Assembly: GCA_963526345.1 (NCBI GenBank)
Contig: CAURNJ010000002.1
Location: 54,900 to 118,899, forward strand
Direction: 5' to 3'
Source of the DNA: an uncultured Porphyromonadaceae bacterium
GTDB lineage: Bacteria > Bacteroidota > Bacteroidia > Bacteroidales > Porphyromonadaceae
DNA: 64,000 bases
In this document: positions 18,597 through 28,842 of the stretch, piece after piece
Layout: each line of letters begins with the position of its first letter
How positions within the stretch are numbered: position 1 is the first letter of the stretch
Position numbers and translations under genes: made by a program
Notes under the pieces: generated by a model
What the model saw: only the letters and a program-made list of their open reading frames with translations
Database searches by the model: none
What the model was told of the DNA's origin: nothing

Positions 18597-20662
18597 AGTG
18601 TTAAGCTTCTCTTAATCGTTTGCGGCTTGCTGCCCTTATGCTTGACAACAAGGGTATAAGTATTGCTCTTTCCCTGTTGGGTTTCCCTATCTACAACTTC
18701 TCCCTCGGCAGGTAGGCTATCACGATAGAGGTATAAGCGTCCTTGCTCATCTGTCTTATAGAGAGCTATACTTATGAGTGCTGTAGCTTGTGTCTTCCAC
18801 TTAATGGCTATCCCCCCTTCTGGTAAAGCACTAAGGCTAAGATGGCTATCTACCAAGGCTTTTTCACTTATCTGAGCTCCGATAGCGACTTCTGGAGACA
18901 TCACAGAGAGAAGCCTCTTACTAGAGTAGGCTTGCATCTGATAAATGTAGCTCTTCCCTGCTTCGTCTTTGATGCGATAAGTTCTCTGTGTCTTATCATC
19001 AATCTTCGCTAATTGGTGCAGGGTATTGCTTCCTGGCTCCTTCCTAAAGATGATGAAGCCTGTAAGGTATGGGTCATCTGTGGCTTCCCAGTGAAGCACA
19101 GTATGCCCCTTATCATGCTCTATACGAGTAATACTTGGAGCTGTTGGCGCAAGTACATTAGGCTTTAATGCCTCAACAAGCTCTGATTGCTCTGATTGAT
19201 TGTAGCGATGATCAAGAGCTGTCAGGGCATAGTACACCTTGCTATTGAGAGATTGTAGATGGACGCTGTCTTGATATAGAGTATCTCGTATGGCTACATC
19301 TGTAATAGGGATTAACTCTTCACCCTTATTCTCTCCTCGGTATAGGCGATAGCCCAATATGTCAGCCTCTTTATTAGCAGTCCATTGTAGGCGAACCTTA
19401 CCCAGACTATCTACTTGAGCTCTTAGTCCTGTGGGCTTGCTCGGGGGAATACTATCAATTGGCTGCAGAAGGATGGGTAAAGATTCTCTTGAAGCTCCTC
19501 TCTTAGGCTTCGCCTCTATCTTATAGTAGACATAGTTTGCTTTAGGAATATCTATCGTATAGCTCCTTACGGAAGGAGCTAGTCCCTGTTTCAAAGGAAT
19601 ATACTTCTTATCATTTGTTGAGTGTAAGATACTGAAGCTCTCCAAGAGATCTTCTTCCTCTGGGGAGAATGTCCAACTCATCTGCGCCCCACCCTTCTCA
19701 TTAAAAGAGGCAGAGCTAATCATAGGTATCGTCTTAAGACTCGGATATCCAGCTCCCGAAACAACTATGCTATATGCACTCTTAGTGCCAAAAGGAGTAA
19801 TCCCAGCTACACGATAGTAATAGGTCTGTAGGTTAGCAATGCTATCCGTATAGGTAATCGGAGCATGTGGGCTCTTTTCCCCTTTGGACATGCGAGTGAT
19901 CGGCTCAGGGGTAATAGGAGCAAAGGTATGTCCATCCTCACTCCTCTCTACGATGTAGCTATTATATAGGTGTACTAACCCATTGTAGTCCCAAGAGAGT
20001 TGAGCCGATGCATCCCCAAAGCGAACAGAAAGAGCTTGAGGCTTGACTAGCTGGGTATTCTGCCCCATAATGACGAAGTTCAGCCCGGACTTGATTGGCT
20101 TCTTCTTGTCTGTACTGAGTGAGATGACCTTATACAGGTATCGCTCTCCAGGCTTCACCGTCGTATCCTCCCAGCCCCATCCCATAACCTTGGCAACAGG
20201 GAAGCATAGGTCGGCCGCATAAGCTGAGAAGAGATAACGCTGCTCCCTTTGCTCATCAAGAGCTATAGCCTTAGCCATGGGGTTATCTCCCAGACCGACC
20301 TCAAAGTCCGCCCCAAAGACAGCTTGTGCCATCACTAAGCCCATAGGGTATTGTGTGGCTATAGCCTTGAGTTCATCGCTCTCTCTTGGCTTGAGCTCAG
20401 CACCTAAGATGCGGACCTCAGGGGTTGGTAGTATTTGTCCGTTACGTGCGATGGTCAGACGCTCTAAGCGAACCCCATGCTTGTTCAAACTTTCCCAAGT
20501 ATTGGCATCACTGGCAATCCATCGCAATAACACTTTATCACTATGGACTTCAGTCCTTACTTTGATGCTTCCCTGTGACTTCGTTTGCGCCTTGACCATA
20601 GCCGACAGCAACAAACACATCCCAAGGGTAAGGAGCCTCACACCCCATCTTGCTTGTTTCAT
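18593..20662 (-). CDS. Secreted multi-fibronectin type III repeat protein
   Basis: Signal peptide (VKA/Q); repeated FN3 motifs (LxW...GYRLYR...YxDS...YYYRVAG); 4-bp overlaps with both neighbours. Confidence 0.8.
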   Translation of the reverse strand: MKQARWGVRLLTLGMCLLLSAMVKAQTKSQGSIKVRTEVHSDKVLLRWIASDANTWESLNKHGVRLERLTIARNGQILPTPEVRILGAELKPRESDELKAIATQYPMGLVMAQAVFGADFEVGLGDNPMAKAIALDEQREQRYLFSAYAADLCFPVAKVMGWGWEDTTVKPGERYLYKVISLSTDKKKPIKSGLNFVIMGQNTQLVKPQALSVRFGDASAQLSWDYNGLVHLYNSYIVERSEDGHTFAPITPEPITRMSKGEKSPHAPITYTDSIANLQTYYYRVAGITPFGTKSAYSIVVSGAGYPSLKTIPMISSASFNEKGGAQMSWTFSPEEEDLLESFSILHSTNDKKYIPLKQGLAPSVRSYTIDIPKANYVYYKIEAKPKRGASRESLPILLQPIDSIPPSKPTGLRAQVDSLGKVRLQWTANKEADILGYRLYRGENKGEELIPITDVAIRDTLYQDSVHLQSLNSKVYYALTALDHRYNQSEQSELVEALKPNVLAPTAPSITRIEHDKGHTVLHWEATDDPYLTGFIIFRKEPGSNTLHQLAKIDDKTQRTYRIKDEAGKSYIYQMQAYSSKRLLSVMSPEVAIGAQISEKALVDSHLSLSALPEGGIAIKWKTQATALISIALYKTDEQGRLYLYRDSLPAEGEVVDRETQQGKSNTYTLVVKHKGSKPQTIKRSLTL

Positions 20663-23600
20663 CGCTCTGCGTTAAACTTGAGATTGTTATTGTAAAGGAT
20701 AGGCATCGTTGAGCTCACGGTACCGTCAGGTAAGACATAGCTCACGAGAGCCTTATACTTGCCATGTCTGAGTACGGGTAACGTCCCAAGGGCGAAGCGC
20801 TCGTAGATACTACGCCCCACTAGCTCTTGATTATTAACCACAAGCCCCTGTAGGTCGCTGAAGTCAGCAAAGACAACACGCGAAGCTAAGAAAGTGAAGG
20901 GGAATCGATAAGCTTGCTTATTGAGAGTCCCGTCACTCAATTTAGACAAGAAGGATGGACTTGGAGCAAAGGCATAATAGGGTGGTACTCCATAGGGTTG
21001 CTCACTACGATTAGTTAACTCAAGTCCAGCAAAGGGATAGCCCTCATAAACTAAGGGGTAGACGGTCTTGGCAAAATAATCCTCTTCTAACGTTGCTTTG
21101 AGTTGCACAAGGGCTTTCCCTTGTGTTGTCTCTACCCCTAATACTTCAGCCTCATCAAAAGCCTCATCAGCTCGGACATCCAGCTCAAGAGGATAAGCTG
21201 AGGCTTCATCATAAACAGCAAAGCCATCTTTAATCTTGAGTGCATTCATCTTTTCCTTGAAGGTACTGTGCTGACTTGTGCTGAAATCATAGCTGAGGAT
21301 AGCTTTCTCTAGGTTGTTAGCCACAAGGCGCTCAGCCCTATCACCTCCAATACGCACACTTAAGTCCTCGCTATCAAGATGAGTAGTAGAGTTGTTCTTA
21401 GGACTTTCTTGCCCCTCCTGAACCTGTGCGGTGTAGACCAGGCTTAGTGTGTAGGGAGTTTTCTTTCTCAGGCTGGGAATAATAAACTCTAGTCTATTCT
21501 CGCTCTCGTTATAGTTGAAGTCCGTGGATACTCGTCCTCCCTCTTCATCAAGGAAGCTCATCTTGTAGTCAAAGCCCTTCTCAAAGAGGTACTTTTGTCC
21601 CATCTTGAGCTGCACATAGCCCTTGTTACTTTCCTTGGGAAGGAAGTATGACTGACCTACAACTGGGTAAGCATAAACGACATTGGCAAGAGGAATTTCG
21701 CTGGGAGCCCCACCCGTAGTGAATGTATGTGTCTTCTCTTCTATCGCCGGTTTGCCCGAAGTCACAACTTGATGCCAAGCGCCATTTATAAACTCTTCGA
21801 AGCCAACACGAACACTTGCCGTAAGCTCTGTATTTGGAGGAAGGACTTCTTTAGCCTGCAAGCTGAGCTTAGTCTTATCATCACCCCACACAAGTTGAGT
21901 AGCAATGCTCTTGCCTTCCTTGTCCTTAAGGTCAAAACTTTTGAGACTAATACGATAGATCTTATTTACACCACGCTCGTCTGAGGCCTCAAAGGTTTTA
22001 CCCATTGCAACATTGAAGGTTGCTTGAGGTACAGCAAAGACGCTTACTTCTCGCTCCCCGATAACTGGCGAAAGGTCATTGATCATTGGTTCGTCTACGG
22101 GAGATGAGCCTGGATTGACGACCTCACACTCTTCGCCGATACTTAGCTTAAAGCGAGCATGCCCCTTCACCAGCCCAAGCACATTGAGATTTACGCCAAG
22201 GTATCCCTTGAAGAAGGTTGGATCGGGTAAGCCTGCTTGTAGCAAGGTGGCTGCACCTCCCCTAATGACGGGGACGCGCATACGCACCAACCACAACTTG
22301 ATTTTTACGCCCAACTCACCTTGCAGATAGGCATAAGCCTGCCCTTGAGCGTACCAGCCATTAAGCCCGATTGTGCCCGAACGCCCTCGACATTGTGCCT
22401 GACCATAATCCTTAAGCATCACATCAAAACCTAAGCCTGCATTAAAGTTGGCATACATGATAGCAAACTGAAGGTCACCAGTACGCACTCCCAGTTTCGA
22501 GCCAAAAGCGAAGCCTTTACCCGTACTTAGAGCATCTAAATTACGCCCTTGGCTCAGACGGCTAATATCTTGCCCTATAAGATTAGCTACTTCTTGCGGA
22601 GGAGCAGGCATACCCGGAATACGGCTTCCTGCCATTAGGTAAGCATCACTCTTAACAGCGAGAATGCTACCAACATTTAGCTTCAAGCCAATAGGAGTCG
22701 CGGGAGTCCCTAGATGTAAGTACCACTCCTTAGGATCAATATGCAGCACTCCCCTTCCGGCAAGTCCATCAGGACCAGTGCCTGCGATTACACCAGCTGG
22801 ACTTGACACATAGACTTGGCTCACGGCGTGTAGGCTACTATTGTCCAAGTCCAACTGCATAAAAATAGAACCTGAAATATTAGCCCCCTTAAGAGCTTCT
22901 GGTAGCTTCTTTATACTCAAAGCTCCGAGCACGTTCTCAAAGTCACCACCCTGCTTCAGCTGTTCTCCTAAGTTACTCGGAATGAAACGATGTTGTTGCT
23001 CGATCCTCTCTTCTACGGACACTTCGCCCCTAAGATCTTTAGGGAATTGGGCATAGCCATAGAAACCGACCATACTTAAGCCTCCAGAACGAGAAAAAAT
23101 CAGCTCTAGGGCAGCCTCACCTTGTGCCGTTTTGCTGATTTCAAACAATGTAGATGCCTTAAATCCGAGCCCCTTACTCTCATCAGGTACATACTGAGCA
23201 CTTCGGAATTTGCCACCCTCGGCACTTTGCCCTTCAGCTCGCACACCATAAGTAAGAGCTCCCCCAATGCCATTGAGGGTCATAGGAGCAACAAGCGGTA
23301 TACCTTGAGGGAAAGTCCCTAGGCCATCGGCATACCAATAACTATTGCTGTCTTTACGCCCAAAGCCGGCACGGACTTTCCAAGAAACATGATTCGTCTT
23401 GCCTAAACCCAGCGATAAGAGAAGATCCCCAGTAAAGCCATTCCCATAAATTGCATCGTCGCGATGCCAATTAAGCTTGCCTACCAGACCAATCTTGCCC
23501 GCAATTTTAGCATCAAGGGCAATCTCGCTGACGTCCACCCCCTCATAAGACCAGACATTATCGCGATAAGCCGCTCGTAGTGTAATGCTTGTCTTTCCTG

Positions 23601-25152
23601 AAAAGAGGTTTTTCCCCAGGCTGAGCCCAGCTCCTAATGTCAAATGAGCACCTCGTTCATTAGCTCCAAACTCTAACTGGTGTATGGATAGAGGAAAATC
23701 TCCCAGCTTAGCCTCTCCCTCGTATCCCAAAGCCTCGACGCTAATATAGGGAGCTTTGGTAGTCAAACGAAGGTTGCGAAATTTTAAGCTCGCGAGCTTA
23801 ACAGACTCAGGGGCGCTTAGATCATCAAGCCCCACGGCCTTACCAAGAGTCATCCGACCATGTAGGACAGCCTCTGGGACAAATTTATCATCTATTAGAT
23901 CCAGCTTAACATAAGAGCTGGGATCTAACTGAGCCTCGGCATTAAAGATTGAGAAGCTTAAACTAGAGTCTGGCCGAACAACCAATGTATAACGGTCATT
24001 CATTTGCATAAAGCCCTCATAAGCTAAGGTTGTTGTTTCCCCTTTGAAAGGTAAGCCTAAGCGACCTTTCAGCTCTGAAGACACTAGCTCGCTGGCTACA
24101 AGGTGCATCGCAAAGCGATCCACGGAGAATTTCCAACCGCTGGCACTACCCTTATCTAGCTGCAGAACATTATCCGCAGCAAATATCCCCGTAATGCCAT
24201 TATCATCAATTAGGAGGTTCTCGGCAGAGAAACGAGCATTAGAAAAAGCTTTAGGTAGAGTCACTGAAACACTCTTAGCATATACCCCTCGCCATAATGT
24301 ACGTTCATCTGGCAGAAAACCTTGTTCATACTCCTTAGGGAAGTGTATATCTCTATAGTTGCGTATGCTACTGAAGTCAAAGACCACATCATTAGCATCA
24401 AAAACATAGCCCCTAAGCCCCTTTATTTCAAAAGAAGGTAAGCTCATCGATACAAGTAAGTCGTCCCAGCTTTCTATTATAGTGCTGAAACGACCAACTA
24501 CTTGTTCGCCATTCGAGGCTGATGAGATTAGTGAGGTTGGGAAATGTACCTCTGCATCTAAAGCTAAGTTTCTGAAGCCATCACAATTGATGGTCATGTA
24601 AGTGTTACCCTCAGAGACACCTCGACTACGATTGGATCTGCCCTTAAGGACCAGGGAGGTATTACCTCCATTGAACGGGATCTCGACATCTTGGAGAAGT
24701 GACAACTTAACCTCATCAGCCAAGCCTCCTGAATGAGTACCCTTGACACCCTCTGCGCCGAAGAAGAGGACTAACCTACGACCATCACTTCCCTGTGGAA
24801 TAATGGCTTTTGCATAAACGGAAAGTTCACTATGGGTTGGACCCAATGCAAAACGATTAACGGCAATGGTAACCTCCATACCGCTAATCGTTCGCTTCAT
24901 CCCTATGGGCAAATGTGCCATAGGCAAGTCATTATAATCTAAGCTCTCAACATAGGCATTGCGCTGAGCTAGATCGGCAAAAGTTCGTTCTACAGCCTCA
25001 AGTTGCCGTTGAGTATTCCCTGGGGCTTGTGCATACCCCTCGAAGGCAATAAAGAAGATAGACAGCAAAGCAAAGTACTGCCCCAGAGAAAGTACAAAAC
25101 CCGCACCATTCCAACGCTCTATCCTTCCCCAAAACACCTGCCACTTCATCAA
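20659..25152 (-). CDS. Large secreted beta-rich hypothetical protein, first gene of the toxin-system operon
   Basis: 1497 aa, signal peptide (GYA/Q), Gly/aromatic beta-rich central region, Ig-like C-terminal part; no catalytic motif recognised. Confidence 0.75.
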   Translation of the reverse strand: MMKWQVFWGRIERWNGAGFVLSLGQYFALLSIFFIAFEGYAQAPGNTQRQLEAVERTFADLAQRNAYVESLDYNDLPMAHLPIGMKRTISGMEVTIAVNRFALGPTHSELSVYAKAIIPQGSDGRRLVLFFGAEGVKGTHSGGLADEVKLSLLQDVEIPFNGGNTSLVLKGRSNRSRGVSEGNTYMTINCDGFRNLALDAEVHFPTSLISSASNGEQVVGRFSTIIESWDDLLVSMSLPSFEIKGLRGYVFDANDVVFDFSSIRNYRDIHFPKEYEQGFLPDERTLWRGVYAKSVSVTLPKAFSNARFSAENLLIDDNGITGIFAADNVLQLDKGSASGWKFSVDRFAMHLVASELVSSELKGRLGLPFKGETTTLAYEGFMQMNDRYTLVVRPDSSLSFSIFNAEAQLDPSSYVKLDLIDDKFVPEAVLHGRMTLGKAVGLDDLSAPESVKLASLKFRNLRLTTKAPYISVEALGYEGEAKLGDFPLSIHQLEFGANERGAHLTLGAGLSLGKNLFSGKTSITLRAAYRDNVWSYEGVDVSEIALDAKIAGKIGLVGKLNWHRDDAIYGNGFTGDLLLSLGLGKTNHVSWKVRAGFGRKDSNSYWYADGLGTFPQGIPLVAPMTLNGIGGALTYGVRAEGQSAEGGKFRSAQYVPDESKGLGFKASTLFEISKTAQGEAALELIFSRSGGLSMVGFYGYAQFPKDLRGEVSVEERIEQQHRFIPSNLGEQLKQGGDFENVLGALSIKKLPEALKGANISGSIFMQLDLDNSSLHAVSQVYVSSPAGVIAGTGPDGLAGRGVLHIDPKEWYLHLGTPATPIGLKLNVGSILAVKSDAYLMAGSRIPGMPAPPQEVANLIGQDISRLSQGRNLDALSTGKGFAFGSKLGVRTGDLQFAIMYANFNAGLGFDVMLKDYGQAQCRGRSGTIGLNGWYAQGQAYAYLQGELGVKIKLWLVRMRVPVIRGGAATLLQAGLPDPTFFKGYLGVNLNVLGLVKGHARFKLSIGEECEVVNPGSSPVDEPMINDLSPVIGEREVSVFAVPQATFNVAMGKTFEASDERGVNKIYRISLKSFDLKDKEGKSIATQLVWGDDKTKLSLQAKEVLPPNTELTASVRVGFEEFINGAWHQVVTSGKPAIEEKTHTFTTGGAPSEIPLANVVYAYPVVGQSYFLPKESNKGYVQLKMGQKYLFEKGFDYKMSFLDEEGGRVSTDFNYNESENRLEFIIPSLRKKTPYTLSLVYTAQVQEGQESPKNNSTTHLDSEDLSVRIGGDRAERLVANNLEKAILSYDFSTSQHSTFKEKMNALKIKDGFAVYDEASAYPLELDVRADEAFDEAEVLGVETTQGKALVQLKATLEEDYFAKTVYPLVYEGYPFAGLELTNRSEQPYGVPPYYAFAPSPSFLSKLSDGTLNKQAYRFPFTFLASRVVFADFSDLQGLVVNNQELVGRSIYERFALGTLPVLRHGKYKALVSYVLPDGTVSSTMPILYNNNLKFNAER

Positions 25153-25206
25153 TCGAATCCGAACTAAAACAAGGAGTTACCTCGTTACTATAATTTAACA
25201 TACGCA

Positions 25207-25214
25207 CAAATATA
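25207..25214 (-). promoter_or_regulatory. sigma-A -7 box (TATATTTG) of the toxin-system operon
   Basis: TAnnTTTG about 55 bp upstream of the 1497-aa ORF, with TTG about 20 bp further upstream. Confidence 0.65.
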
Positions 25215-25397
25215 ACGATTGCCTTCAAGTAGACAAGCACGTCTCTCTCTGAATTACACAGCCCAATGCAAGAGGTCTTGCATCAGATGCAACATAGATG
25301 CCTCTCGGGGCTACAATGGGGCAAACATAAAGAAGGCAATGTCGCTACTACCACATCCTGCAGGTGGGTATGCAGAAGAGGTGGGGAGGGTGGTATG

Positions 25398-25501
25398 AAG
25401 CACTACTGCTTCATGCTCCGACCAGTAGTGATCGGCATGTGGAGCAGTATAGGTCAATACCCCTGACCACTAGTGGTGCATAGCACCCACAACTATTGGT
25501 C
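25398..25501. repeat. Array of 5 degenerate palindromic 14-mers with 22-23-bp period
   Basis: Units at 25398 aagcactactgctt, 25420 gaccagtagtgatc, 25442 gagcagtataggtc, 25465 gaccactagtggtg, 25488 cacaactattggtc. Confidence 0.7.
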
Positions 25502-25651
25502 GCAGAGTGCGTCCTAGGGAGGGCGTGCGAGGTAAAGGCAAGATGACACCGTGCAACGGTCTCATCTAGGGCTTGCACCGTGCTCCAGACTGTGTAGCAA
25601 GGATCCACGTAAACACCTATAAAAGAGCTTTTCTTATCGTTCGTTTTTCTG

Positions 25652-25659
25652 TACCTTTG
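25652..25659 (+). promoter_or_regulatory. sigma-A -7 box (TACCTTTG)
   Basis: TAnnTTTG in T-rich context, pointing toward the tRNA-Ser-like fragment and ftsH. Confidence 0.55.
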
Positions 25660-25730
25660 TCAACCGAAAAAGAGAGATGTTTTACTTTCAATAGCCATTC
25701 AGAAGAGTAGTCAAAAGTCGATCAGAAAAC

Positions 25731-25870
25731 TGCTACACTTTTGCTACATCTCCGCTTGACTATATTAGATAGGACCCGTCATACAACGACATAGATGGGA
25801 TGCGTTCATATCCCGCCCTCTCCGCAAAGAGCGATTAAGTGAGCAGGACTCCCTTCGTTGCTCTTTTTTT
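25731..25870 (+). mobile_element. att-like scar: arm-type repeats, tRNA-Ser-like 3' fragment and terminator
   Basis: tgctacac-ttt-tgctacat tandem at 25731; gcgttcatatcccgccctctccgca (25802-25826) resembles a T-loop plus acceptor 3' end; then aagagcga...ttgctcttttttt hairpin/U-tract. Confidence 0.55.
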
Positions 25871-26039
25871 CTTTATCCAGCCGAGGAGAAGGGTACTGTG
25901 AGGATGAGCGAACAGTCTCCAAAACCCACCGACTCTGCCTCTCAGCAAGCAAACTAAGCTGGCATCGTCTTTGTTAGATAGTGGGGGATAAACGGCTACG
26001 GACAGCCCCCTATCCTACGACAAGACAAATAGATTACGA

Positions 26040-28022
26040 ATGATACAAAACAAGAAAAAAGGTCGATCAGAAGGGCCTTTCCACTTCAGAGAGCTCTGGA
26101 TTTACGCCATCATCCTCGCCGCCCTCGGGGGCATTTTCCTCTGGGATAGAGGCTTCGATGAGAGCAAAGATGCCAGCTGGAATGAGTTCCGCCAGATGAT
26201 GCATCAGGGAGCTTTTACCCAAATCACCGTTGACCGCACGGACCGCACGGCTGTCGGACAGCTCACCAAGCAGGCGGCCGATAGTCTCTTCACCCACCGC
26301 TCCCCCATCTTAGGGCGCGAGAAGAAGGGCATCGAATACAGCCTCACCACGCAGATTCCCACGGTCGATCGCTTTGCCGAAGACTACGATGCCAGCGGGA
26401 CGGTAGCCAAAGTCATCTATAAGCAAGAGAGTTCCCACTGGATTTCTCTGATGACCAATATCTTCCCCTTCATCATCATCGCCATCTTCTGGATCTTTAT
26501 CTTCCGCCGAGCCTCTGGTGGCGGTGGAGCTGGAATGGGCGGAGGCATCTTCAGCATCAGCAAGAGCAAAGCCCAGCTTTATGAGAAGGAAAAGACTTCG
26601 GTGACCTTCAACGATGTCGCAGGCCTACACGAAGCCAAGGAAGAGGTCGAGGAGATCGTCCACTTCCTCAAGAACCCTGATAAGTACACCCAACTCGGTG
26701 GGAAGATCCCCAAGGGTGCTCTCCTCGTAGGCCCTCCAGGAACGGGGAAGACGCTGCTGGCTAAGGCCGTAGCAGGTGAGGCTCACGTGCCCTTCTTCTC
26801 ACTGGCGGGCTCGGACTTTGTCGAGATGTTCGTCGGGGTCGGTGCTTCGCGTGTGCGAGACCTCTTTAAGACGGCTAAGGAGAAAGCTCCCTGCATCATC
26901 TTCATTGATGAAATCGATGCCGTGGGGCGTGCCCGTGGTCGCAACAACAACCTCGGAGGAGGCAATGACGAGCGAGAGAACACCCTCAACCAGCTCCTTA
27001 CCGAGATGGACGGCTTCGGCACCAATAGTGGCATCATCATCCTCGCTGCGACTAACCGTGCCGACATCCTCGATGCCGCCCTCCTGCGTGCTGGTCGCTT
27101 CGACCGCCAGATCTACGTAGACCTGCCCGACGTCCATGACCGCAAGGAGATCTTCCTCGTACACCTCCGTCCGCTCAAGATCGATGAGACGGTGGATGTC
27201 GACCTCTTAGCACGCCGCACCCCCGGCTTCTCTGGGGCGGACATTGCCAATATCTGTAACGAAGCAGCCCTCATCGCAGCTCGTGCTGGCAAGGAGTTCA
27301 TCTCGCGCGATGACTTTATGAACGCCGTCGACCGTGTCGTCGGAGGACTGGAGAAAAAGAGCAAGATGACCACCGAAGAAGAGCGACACAGCATCGCCCT
27401 CCACGAAGCAGGGCATGCGACTGTCAGCTGGTTCCTCAAGTATGCCAATCCGCTGGTCAAGGTCACCATCGTCCCACGTGGCAAGGCCCTCGGTGCCGCT
27501 TGGTACCTCCCCGAAGAGCGACAGATCACCACGACTCAAGCCCTGCGTGACCAGATGTGTGCTACGCTCGCCGGTCGTGCTGCCGAAGACGTCTTTCTCG
27601 GACGCATCTCTACGGGAGCCGCCAATGACCTCGAGCACACCACCAAGACGGCCTATGCGATGGTCGCCTACTACGGGATGAGCGACAAGCTCCCCAATGT
27701 CAACTACTACGATATGCAGGGCGATGGCTATGGATTGACCAAACCCTACAGCGATCGCACCGCCGAAATCATTGACGAAGAGGCACGTGAGATCGTCCGT
27801 CTCGAGTACGAGCGTGCCAAGGCTCTCCTCCGTGAGCATGCCGATGGTCTCCAGGAGCTGACCCAGCTCCTACTTGACCGTGAGGTCATCTATACCGAAG
27901 ATGTAGAGCATATCTTCGGCAAACGTCCCTGGATAAGCCGCACCGATGAGCTAATCCAAGCACGCGAAGAACAAGCATCCGCACCCTCAACCACAGATAC
28001 AGAAGCTACAACGAATGAGTAA
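26040..28022 (+). CDS. ftsH: ATP-dependent zinc metalloprotease FtsH
   Basis: Two TM segments, Walker [18 protein letters not shown] (RAGRFDRQI), HEAGH. Confidence 0.98.
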   Translation: MIQNKKKGRSEGPFHFRELWIYAIILAALGGIFLWDRGFDESKDASWNEFRQMMHQGAFTQITVDRTDRTAVGQLTKQAADSLFTHRSPILGREKKGIEYSLTTQIPTVDRFAEDYDASGTVAKVIYKQESSHWISLMTNIFPFIIIAIFWIFIFRRASGGGGAGMGGGIFSISKSKAQLYEKEKTSVTFNDVAGLHEAKEEVEEIVHFLKNPDKYTQLGGKIPKGALLVGPPGTGKTLLAKAVAGEAHVPFFSLAGSDFVEMFVGVGASRVRDLFKTAKEKAPCIIFIDEIDAVGRARGRNNNLGGGNDERENTLNQLLTEMDGFGTNSGIIILAATNRADILDAALLRAGRFDRQIYVDLPDVHDRKEIFLVHLRPLKIDETVDVDLLARRTPGFSGADIANICNEAALIAARAGKEFISRDDFMNAVDRVVGGLEKKSKMTTEEERHSIALHEAGHATVSWFLKYANPLVKVTIVPRGKALGAAWYLPEERQITTTQALRDQMCATLAGRAAEDVFLGRISTGAANDLEHTTKTAYAMVAYYGMSDKLPNVNYYDMQGDGYGLTKPYSDRTAEIIDEEAREIVRLEYERAKALLREHADGLQELTQLLLDREVIYTEDVEHIFGKRPWISRTDELIQAREEQASAPSTTDTEATTNE

Positions 28023-28830
28023 CCTCGTCAAGCGCGCCATCTTCGGCTCCCTCTATGTCGGTCTGATTCTCGCAGCCCTTCTACTACGTGAGCATCTGCT
28101 TTACATGGTCGTCTTCGGCCTCATCACCTTCCTCGCCACGTGGGAATGGTCGAACCTCGTCTCCACCCACCGTCTCTTCCCTCTGCGTCGCATCTCCGAC
28201 TCAGCCGCTGCCGTCTACCTCTTCTGGGCGACACACGAGATAGCGGATAAGGGTGCCGAGTACAGTTTCTTCCTCATCCCCTACGTGGGCTACCTGCTCT
28301 ACATCTTAGTACGCAGCATCTACAGCGAGCGACAAGTGATGCCTACCGACTTGGCGAAGGTCTTCTTCGGGCAAATCTATGTCGGCGTCTTCCTCAGCAT
28401 CGCCAATATCTTCTACACCGATACGGAGACTTTGCTGATCCTCCTCACTATCTTCGTCGCCATCTGGGCCAATGATACGGGGGCATACCTCGCAGGCTCC
28501 ACCTTCGGGCGTCATAAGCTCTTCCCCTCCGTCTCTCCCAAGAAGAGCTGGGAAGGCTTCTTCGGTGGGCTCATCGCTGCCGTCATCGTCTCTGGCCTCC
28601 TCCTGGGCTGGGAGCAAAGCTACCTCGGGGTATTCATCTCCATTGCAGCCACGTGGGGAGACCTCTTTGAGTCTATGATCAAGCGCAGCGTAGGTGTCAA
28701 GGACTCAGGCAACATCATCCCCGGCCATGGAGGTATCCTTGACCGCATCGACAGCTTGCTCTTCACGCTCCCCGCTGTCGCCTTCATTCTCTGGGTAATC
28801 AACACCTATCAGCACCTTCACCTGGGCTAA
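28015..28830 (+). CDS. cdsA: Phosphatidate cytidylyltransferase
   Basis: SPKKSWEG and GDLFESMIKRSVGVKDSGNIIPGHGGILDRIDS motifs. Confidence 0.97.
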   Translation: MSNLVKRAIFGSLYVGLILAALLLREHLLYMVVFGLITFLATWEWSNLVSTHRLFPLRRISDSAAAVYLFWATHEIADKGAEYSFFLIPYVGYLLYILVRSIYSERQVMPTDLAKVFFGQIYVGVFLSIANIFYTDTETLLILLTIFVAIWANDTGAYLAGSTFGRHKLFPSVSPKKSWEGFFGGLIAAVIVSGLLLGWEQSYLGVFISIAATWGDLFESMIKRSVGVKDSGNIIPGHGGILDRIDSLLFTLPAVAFILWVINTYQHLHLG

Positions 28831-28842
28831 ATCCCCCACCCG

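Noticed and set aside
25802..25826. Functional tRNA-Ser
   Set aside because: Only the 3' fragment is present; the T-stem 5' arm does not pair and no D or anticodon arm can be folded.
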